Assembly: GCA_951406725.2 (NCBI GenBank)
Contig: OX597821.1
Location: 109,244,001 to 109,308,000 of the forward strand
DNA from: Octopus vulgaris
Taxonomy: Eukaryota
Direction: 5' to 3'
Length of the DNA: 64,000 bases
A program made the translations under genes and the position numbers. The notes beneath the pieces are model-generated. The model ran no database searches. It was not told where the DNA came from and worked only from the letters and a program-made list of their open reading frames with translations. This document shows, piece by piece, positions 1 to 12,945 of this stretch. Within the stretch, counting starts at the first letter, position 1. The number at the start of each line of letters is the position of its first letter.

Positions 1-76
1 CAGCAACTCTTGTCTATGGATTATTCCTGTACCTCGTATATAAAATCTCCCTATGTCTCTCTTTTACACTTTTATT

Positions 77-77
<1 letters not shown>

Positions 78-138
<61 letters not shown>

Positions 139-218
139 TCTCTCTCCCCTCTGTCTCTCTCTCTCCCCTATGTCTCTCTCTCTCTCTTTCTCTCTCTCTC
201 TCCCTCTGTCTCTGTCTC

Positions 219-300
<82 letters not shown>
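78..300. repeat. (CT)n microsatellite
   Basis: Directly visible; explains the SLSL/ERER ORFs. Confidence 0.97.
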
Positions 301-301
<1 letters not shown>

Positions 302-677
302 ACGAATTTAAATGTGACGGCAGAAATCAAACAACCAATCAATCAATCAATCAGCATGTATACTTTATTATTATATTATTATATTATTAAATAAAGTTCG
401 TAATACATGGTACTATAACCACAAGGTATCTACACAAACTGTTCTTACTTGTATCCTCAACCAGCTCCATGAATTCAGTCTTATGATCAAACAACCAATG
501 TTGCTAAACGATCAATCCCACATGATTATTTCCACAATAGCGTCAACAGCAACGAACAGGTACTGTTGTAGCATTCGGCTTTTATCATATTCGCTTAACA
601 TAGCTTCATCTCTATCATTCGCAATCGACTATGACATGGTAGCTAACATCATAGTTTTCCTAAATCTTTTGGGTTGC

Positions 678-902
678 TAGCTGGCAGAAACGTTAGCACG
701 CCGGGCGAAATTCGTAGCCGTATTTCGTCTGTCGTTACGTTCTGAGTTCAAATTCCGCCGAGGTCGACTTTGCCTTTCATCCTTTCGGGGTCGATAAATT
801 AAGTACCAGTTACGCACTGGGGTCGATGTAGTCGACTTGATCCCTTTGTCTGTCCTTGTTTGTCCCCTCTGTGTTTAGCCCCTTGTGGGTAGTAAAGAAA
901 TA
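678..902 (+). mobile_element. SINE family A (tRNA-derived head, Meta-like central domain), monomer
   Basis: B-box-like GAGTTCAAATTCC; central GCCTTTCATCCTTTCGGGGTCGATAAATTAAGTACC resembling the MetaSINE domain; tail GCCCCTTGTGGGTAGTAAAGAAATA; near-identical copies at 2817, 29053, 46344 and 60135. Confidence 0.85.
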
Positions 903-1012
903 TATATAGTCGCAAGCAGACAGGAACATCTTGCCTATTTTCCAAACTTGATTTAGCGAAACATAGCGTGTATAAGAACCAGACGGAGGAGAGTGGGCGC
1001 AACACTAGTATT

Positions 1013-1117
1013 AGGCTGGTACACATTTTTAGCCTTGTGAGTGGATTTGGCAGACGGAAACAGAAAGAAGCACGTCGTATATATATGTGTATATATATGT
1101 GTAAAAATATGTATATA

Positions 1118-1177
<60 letters not shown>

Positions 1178-1255
1178 TATACACATATATATACGACGTG
1201 CTTCTTTCTGTTTCCGTCTGCCAAATCCACTCACAAGGCTAAAGATGTGTACCAG

Positions 1256-1338
<83 letters not shown>

Positions 1339-1590
1339 TTTATTTATTTATTTATTTATTTACGTGTGTGTATATGTTTGTGTGTCTGTGTTTGTCCCCC
1401 CAACATCGCTTGACAACCGATTTTGGTGTGTTTACGTCTCCATGACTTAGCGGTTCGGCAAAAGACATCGATAGAATAAGTACTGGGCTTACAAATAATA
1501 GGTCCTGGGGGCGAATTGCTCGACTAAAGGCGGTGCTCCAGCATGGCCGTAGTCAAATGACTGAAACAAGTAAAAGAGTAAAGAGAGAGC
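1013..1590 (+). mobile_element. SINE family B partial copy with internal inverted duplication
   Basis: AGCCTTGTGAGTGGATTTGG..GGAAAC.GAAAGAAG, internal (TA)n, 3' end CTCCAGCATGGCCGTAGTCAAATGACTGAAACAAGTAAAAGAG; 1013-1100 is repeated in inverted orientation at 1170-1258. Confidence 0.85.
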
Positions 1591-2187
1591 GTAACACGTC
1601 ACCTGGCCTTAGGAATCGAACGCACGGCCTTAAGATTGTAAGCACAACACCGCTAACTGCGGGGCCTCAAGCTTTTGTATTCAGTTCCTAAATACTGAAC
1701 CCAAAATTAGGCCCGCGGTCAGCAAATTCGGAAGAGTAGGCAAGACGATAAAATCGGCCTCAGTCTTCAACTGGGACTTTTGTCGATCCCGAACGGATGG
1801 GAATTTGAACTCAGAACGTTAAGACTTGTAAAATGCCTCTAAGCATTTTGCCAAGCACAGTAACGATTCACCCAGCGCGCCGCTTTCAGTTATTTATATG
1901 TCATAGCTGAGAGTATTTTATTCTATTTTATTCTAGCAAAATGCAGGAAATATGATGACGATGATGCGACGTGTTCCTAGGCAAAACACTTAATTTCACT
2001 TTGTTCCAATCGACTCAGTCTCAAATAAGTTCCAGCAAAAGCGGGGAAGTTAATACTATTATGGACTGGCATCCAGTCCAGGAGGAATGTTGCAATCTCA
2101 GCCATTTATACGTTATGGAAACATACTTCAGCTCTGATATTATGAATCCTGGAGTATATAGCAGATGTAAGTCTAAGCATTTGATGT

Positions 2188-2575
2188 GGATGGAAGCACT
2201 CCGTCGGTTACGACGATGAGGGTTCCGGTTGATCCAAATCAACGGAACAGCCTGCTCGTGAAATTAACGTGTAAGTGGCTGAGCACTCCACAGACACGTG
2301 TACACTTAACGTAGTTCTCGGGGATATTCAGCGTGACACAGAGAGTGACAAGGCCGGCCCCTTGAAATACGGGTACAAGAGAAACAGGAAGTAAGAGTGA
2401 GAGAAAGTTGTGGTGAAAGAGTACAGTAGGGATCGCCACCATCCCCTGCCGGAGCCTCGTGGAGCTTTAGGTGTTTTCGCTTAATAAACACTCACAACGC
2501 CCGGTCTGGGAATCGAAACCGCGATCCTATGACCGCGAGTCCGCTGCCCTAACCGCTGGGCCATTGCGCCTCCAC
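2188..2575 (-). mobile_element. SINE family C (tRNA-derived, ~390 bp), full length with TSD
   Basis: Minus-strand tRNA-like head GTGGAGGCGCAATGGCCCAGCGGTTAGGG...GGTTTCGATTCCC; 11-bp target-site duplication GCATTTGATGT at 2177-2187 and 2576-2586. Confidence 0.92.
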
Positions 2576-2816
2576 GCATTTGATGTATCAGGTATTTAGT
2601 TGAAATTTCCTTCTTTTCAATTATCACAGCAGACCCTTCTCAGGCAGAGATCGTAGACTTTTTGTTCATCCGAAATACATGTAAATAATATATAGCTGCC
2701 GCTTTCAAGCTCTTCATGAATACAGCCATAACATAACCTTTTGCTTGCTCATATATATACGGTTTCTCTTCTGAAAGATATATACGCATATATAGACACA
2801 TACTTACATTTATATA

Positions 2817-3050
2817 TATTTCTTTACTACCCACAAGGGGCTAAACACAGAAGGGGACAAACAAGGACAGAAAAAGGGATTAAGTCGATTACATCGACCC
2901 CAGTGCGCAACTGGTACTTAATTTATCGACCCCGAAAGGATGAAAGGTAAAGTCGACCTCGGCGGAATTTGAACTCAGAACGTAACGGCAGACGAAATAC
3001 GGTCAAGCATTTCGCCCGGCGTGCTAACGTTTCTGCCACCTCGCCGCCTT
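2817..3050 (-). mobile_element. SINE family A monomer
   Basis: Near reverse complement of the 678-902 element. Confidence 0.9.
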
Positions 3051-3242
3051 TATTACATTTATATATGCTGAAATATATGTATGCATGTATGCAACTATGT
3101 GAGAGAATATGGATGTATCTATATATCTATCTCTCTATGTGTGTGTGCGTGTGTGTGTGCGCGCGTGTGCATGTGTGTGTATACACAGCTATACATATAT
3201 ATATAAATGTTTACATATATATACATATTTGTATATATACAT

Positions 3243-3325
<83 letters not shown>

Positions 3326-3375
3326 TACATAAATACTTGCATGCATGTATGTAGGTATCTATGTACTATGTATAC

Positions 3376-3428
<53 letters not shown>

Positions 3429-3477
3429 GGTGTGTATATATGCATGTATGTATATATGTATGTATGAATGAATGTAT

Positions 3478-3845
3478 GCGACGACGAGGGTTCCATTTGA
3501 TCCAATCAACGGAACAACCTGCTCGTGAAATTAACGTGTAAGTGGCTGAGCATTCCACAGACACGTCTACCCTTAACGTAGTTCTCAGAGAGATTCAGTT
3601 TAACGCAGAGTGTGACAAGGCTGGCCCTTTGAACTACAGGTACAAAAGAAACAGGAAGAAAGTGTGAGAGAAATTTGTAGTGAAAGAATACAGCGAGGTT
3701 CGCCACCACCACCCCCTGCCGGAGCCTCGAGGCGCTTTAAGTGTTTTCGCTCCTTAAACACTCAGAACGCACGGTCTAGGAATCGAAACAACGATCCTAC
3801 GACCGCCCGTCCGCTGCCTTAACCACTGGGCCATTACGCCTCCAC
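3478..3845 (-). mobile_element. SINE family C
   Basis: Homologous to 2188-2575; imperfect TSD ATGAA(T/C)GAATGTA on both sides. Confidence 0.88.
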
Positions 3846-4049
3846 ATGAACGAATGTACAGGCGAAAACACTTTCTGTCGTTGAAGTTTCTCGAACATTC
3901 GAGATTTCAAGTAACGACAGAGGACTTAAACCAAATAAATATTATCGTATGCCATTGAGTATATTTTCTCATCGTTATGGATATTAATACACAAAATACA
4001 TATATATACATATATATACATATATACACAAATACATATATATATATAT

Positions 4050-4093
<44 letters not shown>

Positions 4094-4241
4094 ATGATTT
4101 CAGCCATATTAGTTGAGTACGTGTGAAAAAAGATTATCGCCATCATCTGCTTCTTGTTGTTCTTCTTCTTTTGTTTTTCCTTCATTGTTTTTGCAATTAC
4201 TCCTTCACGTCTTTCTATTCTTCTTTTTATTCCTCACTCTT

Positions 4242-4283
<42 letters not shown>

Positions 4284-4507
4284 TCTCCATTTCCATTCTT
4301 GTCCCTTTCTGTCTGTCTGTATCTCTCTCTCTCTCTCATTCACTCTCACTCTCTCACTCACTCCCTCACTCACTCTCTCTCTCACTCTCTCACTCTCCAT
4401 TTCCATTCTTATCCATTTCTTCCTCTCTCTCTCTCTCTCACTCTCTTCATTTCCATTCTCCTCCCTTTCTCCCTCTCTCTCCCTCTCTCTCTCTTTCTCT
4501 CTATCTT

Positions 4508-4538
<31 letters not shown>

Positions 4539-4610
4539 TTCTCTCTCTCTGTTTCTCTCTCTCTATCTATCACTCTCACTCTCTTCATTTCCATTCTCCT
4601 CCCTTTCTCC

Positions 4611-4687
<77 letters not shown>

Positions 4688-4880
4688 CTATGCTTTAACG
4701 AATTTTTAATCGAATGAATCGACCCTCCCCACCCACTCCAGTGTATATATTTTCTTTAAAGTCTAGTACCTACTCTATCGGCACTTTTGCCGAACCGCTA
4801 GATTATGAGGGCGTAAACACCCCATTACATATTGTCAATTGCTACTGGGACACACACACACACATACACACACACACATG

Positions 4881-4940
<60 letters not shown>

Positions 4941-4941
4941 T

Positions 4942-5150
4942 ATTCTTTTATACTTTTACTTTTTTATTTGCTGGAGCACCGCCTTTAATCGCACTAATCG
5001 ATGCCAGGGCTTATTCTTCGTAAGCTTTCTACTTATTTTATCGGGCTCTTTTGCGGAACTCCTAAGTTACGGGGGCGTAAACACACCAACATCGGTTGTC
5101 AACCGACGTTGGGGGTGAAGAAACACAGACATCCACACACAGAGAAATAT
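4942..5150 (-). mobile_element. SINE family B, 3' half
   Basis: GCTGGAGCACCGCCTTTA...TAAACACACCAACATCGGTTGTCAA; ends at the internal (TA)n that holds the PLE. Confidence 0.8.
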
Positions 5151-5186
5151 ATACATGCATATATATATATGTATGTGTGTGCATAA

Positions 5187-5249
<63 letters not shown>

Positions 5250-5250
5250 C

Positions 5251-5302
<52 letters not shown>

Positions 5303-5429
5303 AAAAGAATTCCAACCTTGTCTGATTTTCACGTTTTATTTACAATCTTATAATGATATATTATAAGATAATATATTATAATTGAATAAAATAAAATGAA
5401 ATAGTAGAATGTTAAATATTCATTCTGAT

Positions 5430-5474
5430 TGAACTAGTACTTTCATGCATTGAATTCTGCAATCTTCGGGTTCA
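5430..5474 (-). ncRNA. Minimal type I hammerhead ribozyme motif in the PLE 3' region (U4C variant core)
   Basis: Minus strand reads UGAAC-CCGAAGA-U-UGCA-gaauucaa-UGCA-U-GAAA-GUAC-UA-GUUCA: 5-bp stem I, 4-bp stem II, palindromic stem III AGUACU. Confidence 0.72.
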
Positions 5475-5535
5475 TGTAGTAGTGTTGACAGTCATGCTTC
5501 ACAATTTTTGACTGTAGCAAGATGAGTGATTCTGT

Positions 5536-5653
5536 GCTATAAATACAGCTGGGTAGGCTCCAGAGTGCTAGGTTTTGCAAACTGTATTCTGACCAATCAG
5601 TGTGTAGTATCACTCAATTACTTAAGCTGATTGGTTGGTTGAGCTGATTGGTT
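5536..5653. promoter_or_regulatory. Putative pseudo-LTR promoter of the PLE (CCAAT boxes + TATA-like motif)
   Basis: CCAATCAG at ~5594 (+), two CTGATTGG at ~5627 and ~5644, TATAAATA at 5538-5545, just upstream of the hammerhead on the element strand. Confidence 0.45.
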
Positions 5654-5968
5654 TAGGCATCACGCTTTGTTGGACAGGTCAAGAGTCCTGTATCTTGACC
5701 CTGGCCGAAGCAGCAATTGTTGGGTTATTTTTAGAAATGTTGTAAATATCCTTTGTCAGAGATTTTTATATTTTTATATTTCAATTGTCATCATCATCAT
5801 TGTCAGCACCTTAATTATTGTTGCTAGTGGTGATGGTGGTGGCAATAGAACTTTTAACCCTAAATAAGATAATTTTCCTGCTATCTTTGTCTTGATCACC
5901 TTTAGTATTGTTGTTGTTGTTAGTGGTCATGGTCGTAGCAGTGGAAGTAATACCTCTAAGTATTATTA

Positions 5969-8296
5969 TTATTGCTTATTTAGCTTGGGTTCGAATTTAT
6001 CAATAAAATTCTTTTCTCTGATTTTCCTCTCGATTTCACTTGGGCTGTGTAATTTGTAGAATGGAAATATTATATATATTTTCCGACCACATGTTGCTAG
6101 GTGGTTACTCAAAGGTATCTGACGGACCTCTGAGTCTCTAATCTGTTGCCGGTGTACACGTGAGCGTTCTAATAGTGCGTTTCCCGTCTGACCTACATAT
6201 ATTTCTTCACAATTTGGGCATTTGATGCAGTAAATTAAATTTCTGCTTTTGCAGTTCATATTCGCGTTTGTGAATATTTTCCCGGTTTTTGTGTTTATAT
6301 ATTGACCGGTATGTATGAATTGGCATGTGCCACATCGGCTATCATTGCATTTAGATACCGTGAATGTTTGGTCTTTGTTGCTGAGGTCAAATTTTGCCTT
6401 TGTTAGTAATGTTTTCAAGTTTTTAGGCTGTCTTTTACTAAGCACCATAGCTCGATCCTTGATTATGTCTTTTAATTCATTACTTTGGGCAATGATTGGT
6501 AGGTTTGCTTTGGCAATGTTGAAGATATTCTGGTGACATGGGTTGTGTGTCACTATGAATGGTATGACTTGTTCTTGTTTTCCTCTTCCTTGGGTTGTCC
6601 TAAGTTGTTGTATAGGTATTTTTATAGCCCGCTGTATGCCATTTTCTATAAGTAGAGATGGGTATTTTTGTTTGAGCAAAAATTCTCTTAGTTCTATTAG
6701 GCGTTTGTTCCTGATATTTGCATCTTCTACAATAGTACAAATTCTTCTGGCTAGGCAGTATGGGATGTTACGTTTTGTATGTGGTGGATGGCACGACTTA
6801 AAATTTAGGTATTGATGTGTGTCTGTGTGTTTATAGTATATATCTGTGGTGATGGTGGTGTCTTTTTTAATTACCATTATATCCAGGAATGGTAATTTGG
6901 TACTACTCATCTCCTTTGTAAATTTGAGAGATGGGTGTAGGTTGTTCAGGAGGATATTGAACTCTTCCAGAGTATTTAGAGATTCTGTCCAGATTATGAA
7001 ACAGTCGTCTAGGTATCTCTTCCATGCCTTTTCAATATACTTTCTAAATCCAGTGCCATAGTTTACCTCCACCTCTTGGTAGAGTTGTTCTTCTAAGTAT
7101 CCCATTACAGAGTTGGCGTAAACGGGAGCAAACCTCGTTCCCATCGCCGTGCCTCTAATTTGGATGTAATTCTTTCCATTGAAGAAGAATGTGTTATTTT
7201 CTAGAATAAGTTTGACTGTGTCTAATATAAATGGCACTGTGAATCTGCTGGGAATCACTTCTCTATGTTTTTCTAACCAGTATTTAATCGCCTTTATTCC
7301 TAAATCGTGTGGAATATTGGTGTAGAGGCTTACCACATCAAAACTTAGCAAAACTGAATTTGTTTCTGTTGTTTTGGGAAGATGGGACAGGAAGTCGATG
7401 TCATCCCTGATGAAACTTGGTATGTAAGTACATAGTGGTTTCAAAACAATGTCAATAAAATTGCTTAGACGGTGTGTAGGGCATGCTGGACCAGCTATAA
7501 TAGGTCTAAGTTTTAGGTCTTTTGGATGTAATAATTTTATGTACTCACTTTCTTGTTCTTTTACTGCCTGTTGAATGTTTTTTGATTTGTGTATTTTTGG
7601 TAAGCCGTAGAAGTTGCTGGGTTTTGGTTCAAAATTGGTGATGTAGTCTTTTTCATTATCCGTAAGTGAGTTGTGGTGTGTTGAAATCAGGTTGTTGATC
7701 TTTTTCATGATGTGGTGGTCTATATTTGCGGGTATTTCACAATAGAAGGTTGTATCCTTCAGTTGGTCTTCAACCAAATCCTTATAGTATTCGGTATCCA
7801 TAATAACAATTGCACCACCTTTATCTGCTTGTTTAATTATTATTGTTTGATCGTTTTGTATACGTTTACATGCAGACATCTCTGATTTGCTAATGTTTGG
7901 CCTAACATTGGTATTGCGTCTAAGGGGAAATTTAGACAGGATATCAATGTATTGGTCAAGGTAGTTATTTCTTCCTTTTGGTGGGGTGAAATTTGATTTA
8001 TTCCTTACTAGGGATTCATCAATCTCATTACTTTTGTTAGCGAAGAATTCTACAAGTCGTAATTTTCGACAGAATTTTTGGATATCCTCCTTTAATTCTT
8101 GGTGGTTGGCTGTTGGTGTAGGTGTGAATTTCAGTCCTTTTGACAGAAGTTGGATTTCATCATTGTCAAGATCTCTTTTTGATAAATTAATTATTTTAGG
8201 ATCTATACGTTCAGTTGTTTGGGGTATGTTTCCTCTTGGATTTTTTCTTTCTCCGGTGTTTGTTGTCCTGACGTAAAAAAATGGATTTTTTTCTGG
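5969..8296 (-). CDS. PLE reverse transcriptase / GIY-YIG endonuclease (open frame of 775 codons; first ATG at 7879)
   Basis: Motifs [45 protein letters not shown]; Cys linker CNDSRCGTC; [23 protein letters not shown]. Manual translation shows the frame stays open 139 codons upstream of the ATG, including the PLE-typical [27 protein letters not shown], up to a TAA at 8297-8299. Confidence 0.93.
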   Translation of the reverse strand, partial: PEKNPFFYVRTTNTGERKNPRGNIPQTTERIDPKIINLSKRDLDNDEIQLLSKGLKFTPTPTANHQELKEDIQKFCRKLRLVEFFANKSNEIDESLVRNKSNFTPPKGRNNYLDQYIDILSKFPLRRNTNVRPNISKSEMSACKRIQNDQTIIIKQADKGGAIVIMDTEYYKDLVEDQLKDTTFYCEIPANIDHHIMKKINNLISTHHNSLTDNEKDYITNFEPKPSNFYGLPKIHKSKNIQQAVKEQESEYIKLLHPKDLKLRPIIAGPACPTHRLSNFIDIVLKPLCTYIPSFIRDDIDFLSHLPKTTETNSVLLSFDVVSLYTNIPHDLGIKAIKYWLEKHREVIPSRFTVPFILDTVKLILENNTFFFNGKNYIQIRGTAMGTRFAPVYANSVMGYLEEQLYQEVEVNYGTGFRKYIEKAWKRYLDDCFIIWTESLNTLEEFNILLNNLHPSLKFTKEMSSTKLPFLDIMVIKKDTTITTDIYYKHTDTHQYLNFKSCHPPHTKRNIPYCLARRICTIVEDANIRNKRLIELREFLLKQKYPSLLIENGIQRAIKIPIQQLRTTQGRGKQEQVIPFIVTHNPCHQNIFNIAKANLPIIAQSNELKDIIKDRAMVLSKRQPKNLKTLLTKAKFDLSNKDQTFTVSKCNDSRCGTCQFIHTGQYINTKTGKIFTNANMNCKSRNLIYCIKCPNCEEIYVGQTGNALLERSRVHRQQIRDSEVRQIPLSNHLATCGRKIYIIFPFYKLHSPSEIERKIREKNFIDKFEPKLNKQ

Positions 8297-8301
8297 TTAT
8301 G

Positions 8302-8470
<169 letters not shown>

Positions 8471-8480
8471 CATATATATA

Positions 8481-8660
8481 CTTTACTTTGATACTTTGAT
8501 AGGTTTCGGCCATTATTGGCCCAGGCCATGTCTAACTTAATAGCACCACCTGGTGAAGTCTTTCAAGTCAGAATTTGGGCACTATGGCCCACTCAAGTAG
8601 AGAGTTATTGTTTACAATTGTAGAGAGTTACAAGTAGAGAGTTATTGTTTACAATTGTTT
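8481..8660 (-). mobile_element. Short 3'-end fragment of a LINE (clade uncertain) between (TA)n tracts
   Basis: Minus strand encodes ..NNNSLLEWA.., then GGTGGTGC..CATGGCC-stem-loop-GAAAC and a (TATCAAAG)-type repeat tail; internal direct duplication at 8594-8660. Confidence 0.45.
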
Positions 8661-8697
8661 ATATATATATATATAAATATGTATATATAGGTGTATG

Positions 8698-8781
<84 letters not shown>

Positions 8782-8787
8782 TGTATG

Positions 8788-8893
<106 letters not shown>

Positions 8894-8971
8894 CATACAC
8901 CTATATATACATATTTATATATATATATATATATGTATGTATATATAGGTGTATGTGTGTGTGTGTGTGTA

Positions 8972-9304
8972 TACGAAGAGCTTCTTTCAGTTTCCGTCTA
9001 CCAAATCTACTCACAAGACTTTGGTTGGCCCGAGGCTATAGCAGAAGACACTCGCCCAAGATGCCACGCAGTAGGACTGAACCTAGAACTATGTGGCTGT
9101 GAAGCAAGCTTCTTACCGCACAGCATTATATGTATAAGATGTGTTTTTTTTTCAGTTCCCGTCTTTCCAAATCTTCTCACAAGGCTTTGGTCGGCCTTAG
9201 GCCATTATAGAAGACACTTGCCCAAGGTGCCTCGCAGAGGGACTGAACCCGAAACCATGTGACTGGGAAGCAAGCTTCTTACCACACTGCCACGCCTGCG
9301 CCTA
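8972..9304 (-). mobile_element. Two SINE family B 5' halves
   Basis: CTTCTTTCAGTTTCCGTCTACCAAATC..GACTGAACC..CACAGC, repeated at 8972-9125 and 9147-9304. Confidence 0.8.
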
Positions 9305-9307
9305 TCT

Positions 9308-9515
9308 CTTTTCTCTTTTAGTTGTTTCAGTCATTTTGACTGCGGCCATGCTGGAGCACCGCCTTTAGTCGATCAAATCGACCCCGGGACTTTTTCTTTG
9401 TAAGCCCAGTACTTATTCTATCGGTCTCTTTTTGCCGAACCGCTAAGTGACGGGGACGTAAACACACCAGCATCGGTTGTCAAGCAACGCTAGGGAGACA
9501 AACACAGACACACAA

Positions 9516-9572
<57 letters not shown>

Positions 9573-9739
9573 TACGACAGGCTTCTTTCAGTTTCCGTCT
9601 ACCAAATCCACTCACAAGGCATTGGTCGGCCCGGGGCTATAGCAGAAGACACTTGCCCAAGATGCCACGCAGTGGGATTGAACCTGCAACCATGTGGTTG
9701 GTTAGCAAGCTACCTACCACACAGCCACTCCTGCGCCTA
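9308..9739 (-). mobile_element. SINE family B, full length (tRNA head, CORE-like domain, internal CA/TA repeat)
   Basis: Minus-strand head GGCGCAGGAGTGGCTGTGTGGTAGGTAGC..GGTTCAATCCC; CORE-like GTGGCATCTTGGGCAAGTGTCTT; tail CATGGCCGCAGTCAAAATGACTGAAACAAC. Confidence 0.9.
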
Positions 9740-9944
9740 TCTGTTGATTTCTTTTTTTGTTTCATTGTTCTTTCTGCTCCCTCTCCCCCTCTCTTTCTTT
9801 CTCTCCTTCTCTGTCTTTTCCCCGTATCCCTCTTTCTTCAGCATTATCTTTTTCTTCGCAATCTCATCATTCTTATTTTACATCAATCTTCTCTCTCACC
9901 TCTATCGGTTATTTCTTCTCTCTCCCCCTCTCATAATCTCAGTC

Positions 9945-9989
<45 letters not shown>

Positions 9990-10327
9990 ATCTTCTCTCA
10001 TTGCTCTTTGCTTCCACCTCTTCTTCACTTTCCTTTCTCTCCTTTCTCACCTTTTCCGTTTCCTTCTCTAACATTTCCTTCCTTTCTATTTCTTATCTCT
10101 TCCTCTTTCTCTCCCTCTCTCGCATTCTTTAGATTTTTTCTTCTTCCTCTCATCCATTTTCACACGCTCTTCTTCTCCTTTCTCCTTCTTATCGCCTTCA
10201 TTTCTTTCTTTCTTTCTTTCTTCTTCTGTTATCTTCTTTATAATTTTCTCTTCTTATTAATTTCTTCTTTCTCTTTATCATTCTTCTTTGTCCCTCCATC
10301 TTCTTCCTCTACAACTTCATCTACTAC

Positions 10328-10378
<51 letters not shown>

Positions 10379-11056
10379 ATCCTCTGTCTTCCTTCTATTT
10401 TTCAACGTCATGTTCATGTCTTCGCTAGAACCGTTGAAATTATGGGAACATAACAGTAGAAAAAAAAAACACTCATCGATTTTTGCTCATCAGAAATGCA
10501 TCGATTTCTATAACAACAGGCCAGATGGAAGTCAACAGAAGTGATGGGTTTAACAGAAACTAAGACATATTCCCAAGACGTTCATCTCAGAATCAGACAC
10601 AGCCCGGATCTAACGGTGGTCTTTGTTGAAGGCCCACTTCCGACTTACGCTTTACATTTTCCTGTACTCATTCTCCATTCTCCTCCCTTTCTGATCCCTC
10701 GTTTTCTATTTTGAGCAAAAGTAAAGCAAACCAATGGGGAATTTCAACTGTGTTTCGTGGTCTGCTACCACAACAGCTCCTTTATAGGATCCAGATAGCT
10801 CAATACATCATCGGGGGGAACCACGTCCGGTTTCGGCCCCTACTCCTCTACCGTTTTGTCGTGGTAGGGGCCCCCTTTCGGAGGTGTCTTCAGCTCTGGT
10901 GTAGGGTGCATGTCTTCTTTCTTCTTCTTTCTTCTGTTCCCTGGCCTCTTCGATGTAGCGTCCACACATCACGTTACATACATACATATATACATACATG
11001 CATGCAGGCACACAAACAGGCAGAAAGACAAACAGACAGACATGTTATCATTATGT

Positions 11057-11262
11057 TAAACCGTTACCTCTACACATTTTTTCTGTTCTTGCTTTTTTCT
11101 TTTCTTTTTTTTTTTGGCGGGGGGGGGGGTCGGCTTTCCCCATTTTTTTTTTCCTCTCAGTTCTTTCTGTCGCAGAGCGTAGGCTTGAAACGTCAAAGAC
11201 TTTTCCATTCTTGTTCCCACATCTCTCTTCCTTTTGTTTGTTTTCTGTAAATTTGAACTATG
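11057..11262 (+). mobile_element. Short hammerhead-bearing non-autonomous element (probable PLE derivative), copy 1
   Basis: CTTTCTGTCGCAGAGCGTAGGCTTGAAACGTCAAAG; ends TTTCTGTAAATTTGAACTA next to (TA)n. Confidence 0.65.
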
Positions 11263-11376
<114 letters not shown>

Positions 11377-11951
11377 TGTATGTATGTATATTTGCATATA
11401 CATATACATGCATAAAGGAGTTAATAAGGGATATTAATCTAGGCGCAATAATTCTTAGGTATAAAAATACAGCAGGCTAGCATAAGTATTGCACTCCAGA
11501 TAATCCGCAGTCGGAAGTCGAAGTCCGTCGCCAGTCAAATTTGTAAGTCCACGGTTAACAAGTTAACAAGGTATGCTTTTAAAGACAGATTCATAAAACA
11601 AACAGAAATATTGGGTTATATAGATTTATCATATAGTTTACAGTTGTTTCACATTTGCATTTAGGTGCCTTCATGGTTCAATCTTATCAATCGATTGGTC
11701 GGCTGAAATTATAGGGAACTTCGGCAGCTGACTTGATTTATCTCTGGCGAAGATATCATTGTGAGAGGCGTTCATTATATTTTCAATCAATTCGATCGGT
11801 TCATCAACTTGAACTATCAGCGTATTCATCTCTATATCCGAAACAGCTGCAAGGCTTATAATAAAGGAATAATTGTATAGAGCCCATTATTTCTGTCTAT
11901 TTTATATATGTGCATGTAGGGTGGGGTAAGTGTGTATGTATATAAGTATGT

Positions 11952-12358
11952 ATTCTTTTATTCTTTTATTCTTTTACTTGTTTCAGTCATTTGACTCTGG
12001 CGATGCTGTAGCATCGCCTTTAGTCGAACAAATCGACACCAGGACTTATTCTTTATAAGCCTGGTACTTAATATATCGGTCGCTCTTTGCGAACTAAGTT
12101 ATCGGGGCGTAAACACACCAACATCGGTTGTCAAGTGATAGTGGGGGAAGAAACACAGACAGAAAAATACATACATATATACACATATATATACGACGGG
12201 CTTCTTTCAGTTTCCGTCTACTAAATCCACTCACAAGGCTTTGGTCAGCCCGAGGCTGTAGTAGAAGACACTTACCCAAGGTTCCACGCAGTAGAACTGA
12301 ACTCGGAACCATGAGGTTGAGAAGCAAGCTTCTTATCACGCAGCCACTCGTGCGCCCA
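11952..12358 (-). mobile_element. SINE family B, full length
   Basis: Homologous to 9308-9739. Confidence 0.88.
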
Positions 12359-12721
12359 TGTATGTATAACATTATTTAGTTTTATTTCAAGATTTCTTTT
12401 CAATGGGAAAAGGCCGGTTTTTAACCAAGATCCAAGGCTTCTTCGCTGGAATTTCAGCATCAACAGGGTATTTTTGTATGTATGTAGGTATGCAGATTCG
12501 TATATTTTGTTTTATATATGTATTCTCATATATACTTGCATACATGCATACATGCATACATGCATACATGCATAAATACATACATCTATACAACGTACAT
12601 TCACAGATAATGTGTTTAGCTATATGTAATGCACAAAAACACTCACGCACCCAGTCACCCATGCACATATGCACGCACTCACTCGCACACACATACACAC
12701 ACACACACCTTTACATATATA

Positions 12722-12885
12722 TAGGCTTAGGCATGCTTGTGTGGTAAGAAGTTTGCTTCTCACCTACATCGTTCTGGGTTCAGTCCCACACCGTGACCTT
12801 TTTGGAAAGTGTCTTCTACTATAGCTTCGGGCCGACCAAAGCCTTGAGAGTGGATTTAGTAAACGGAAACTGAAAGAAGTCCGTC

Positions 12886-12945
<60 letters not shown>

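Noticed and set aside
2490-2575. tRNA gene
   Set aside because: A/B-box-like sequence is present, but it is the head of a TSD-flanked SINE and does not close a cloverleaf; the same holds for the other SINE heads.
5969-8296. Naiad/Chlamys-type permuted or selenoprotein PLE
   Set aside because: The endonuclease is C-terminal and the ORF has no in-frame TGA.
9477-10544. 355-aa hydrophobic ORF
   Set aside because: Made of SINE B antisense sequence, a CT-rich tract and (GCT)n; not a credible membrane protein.
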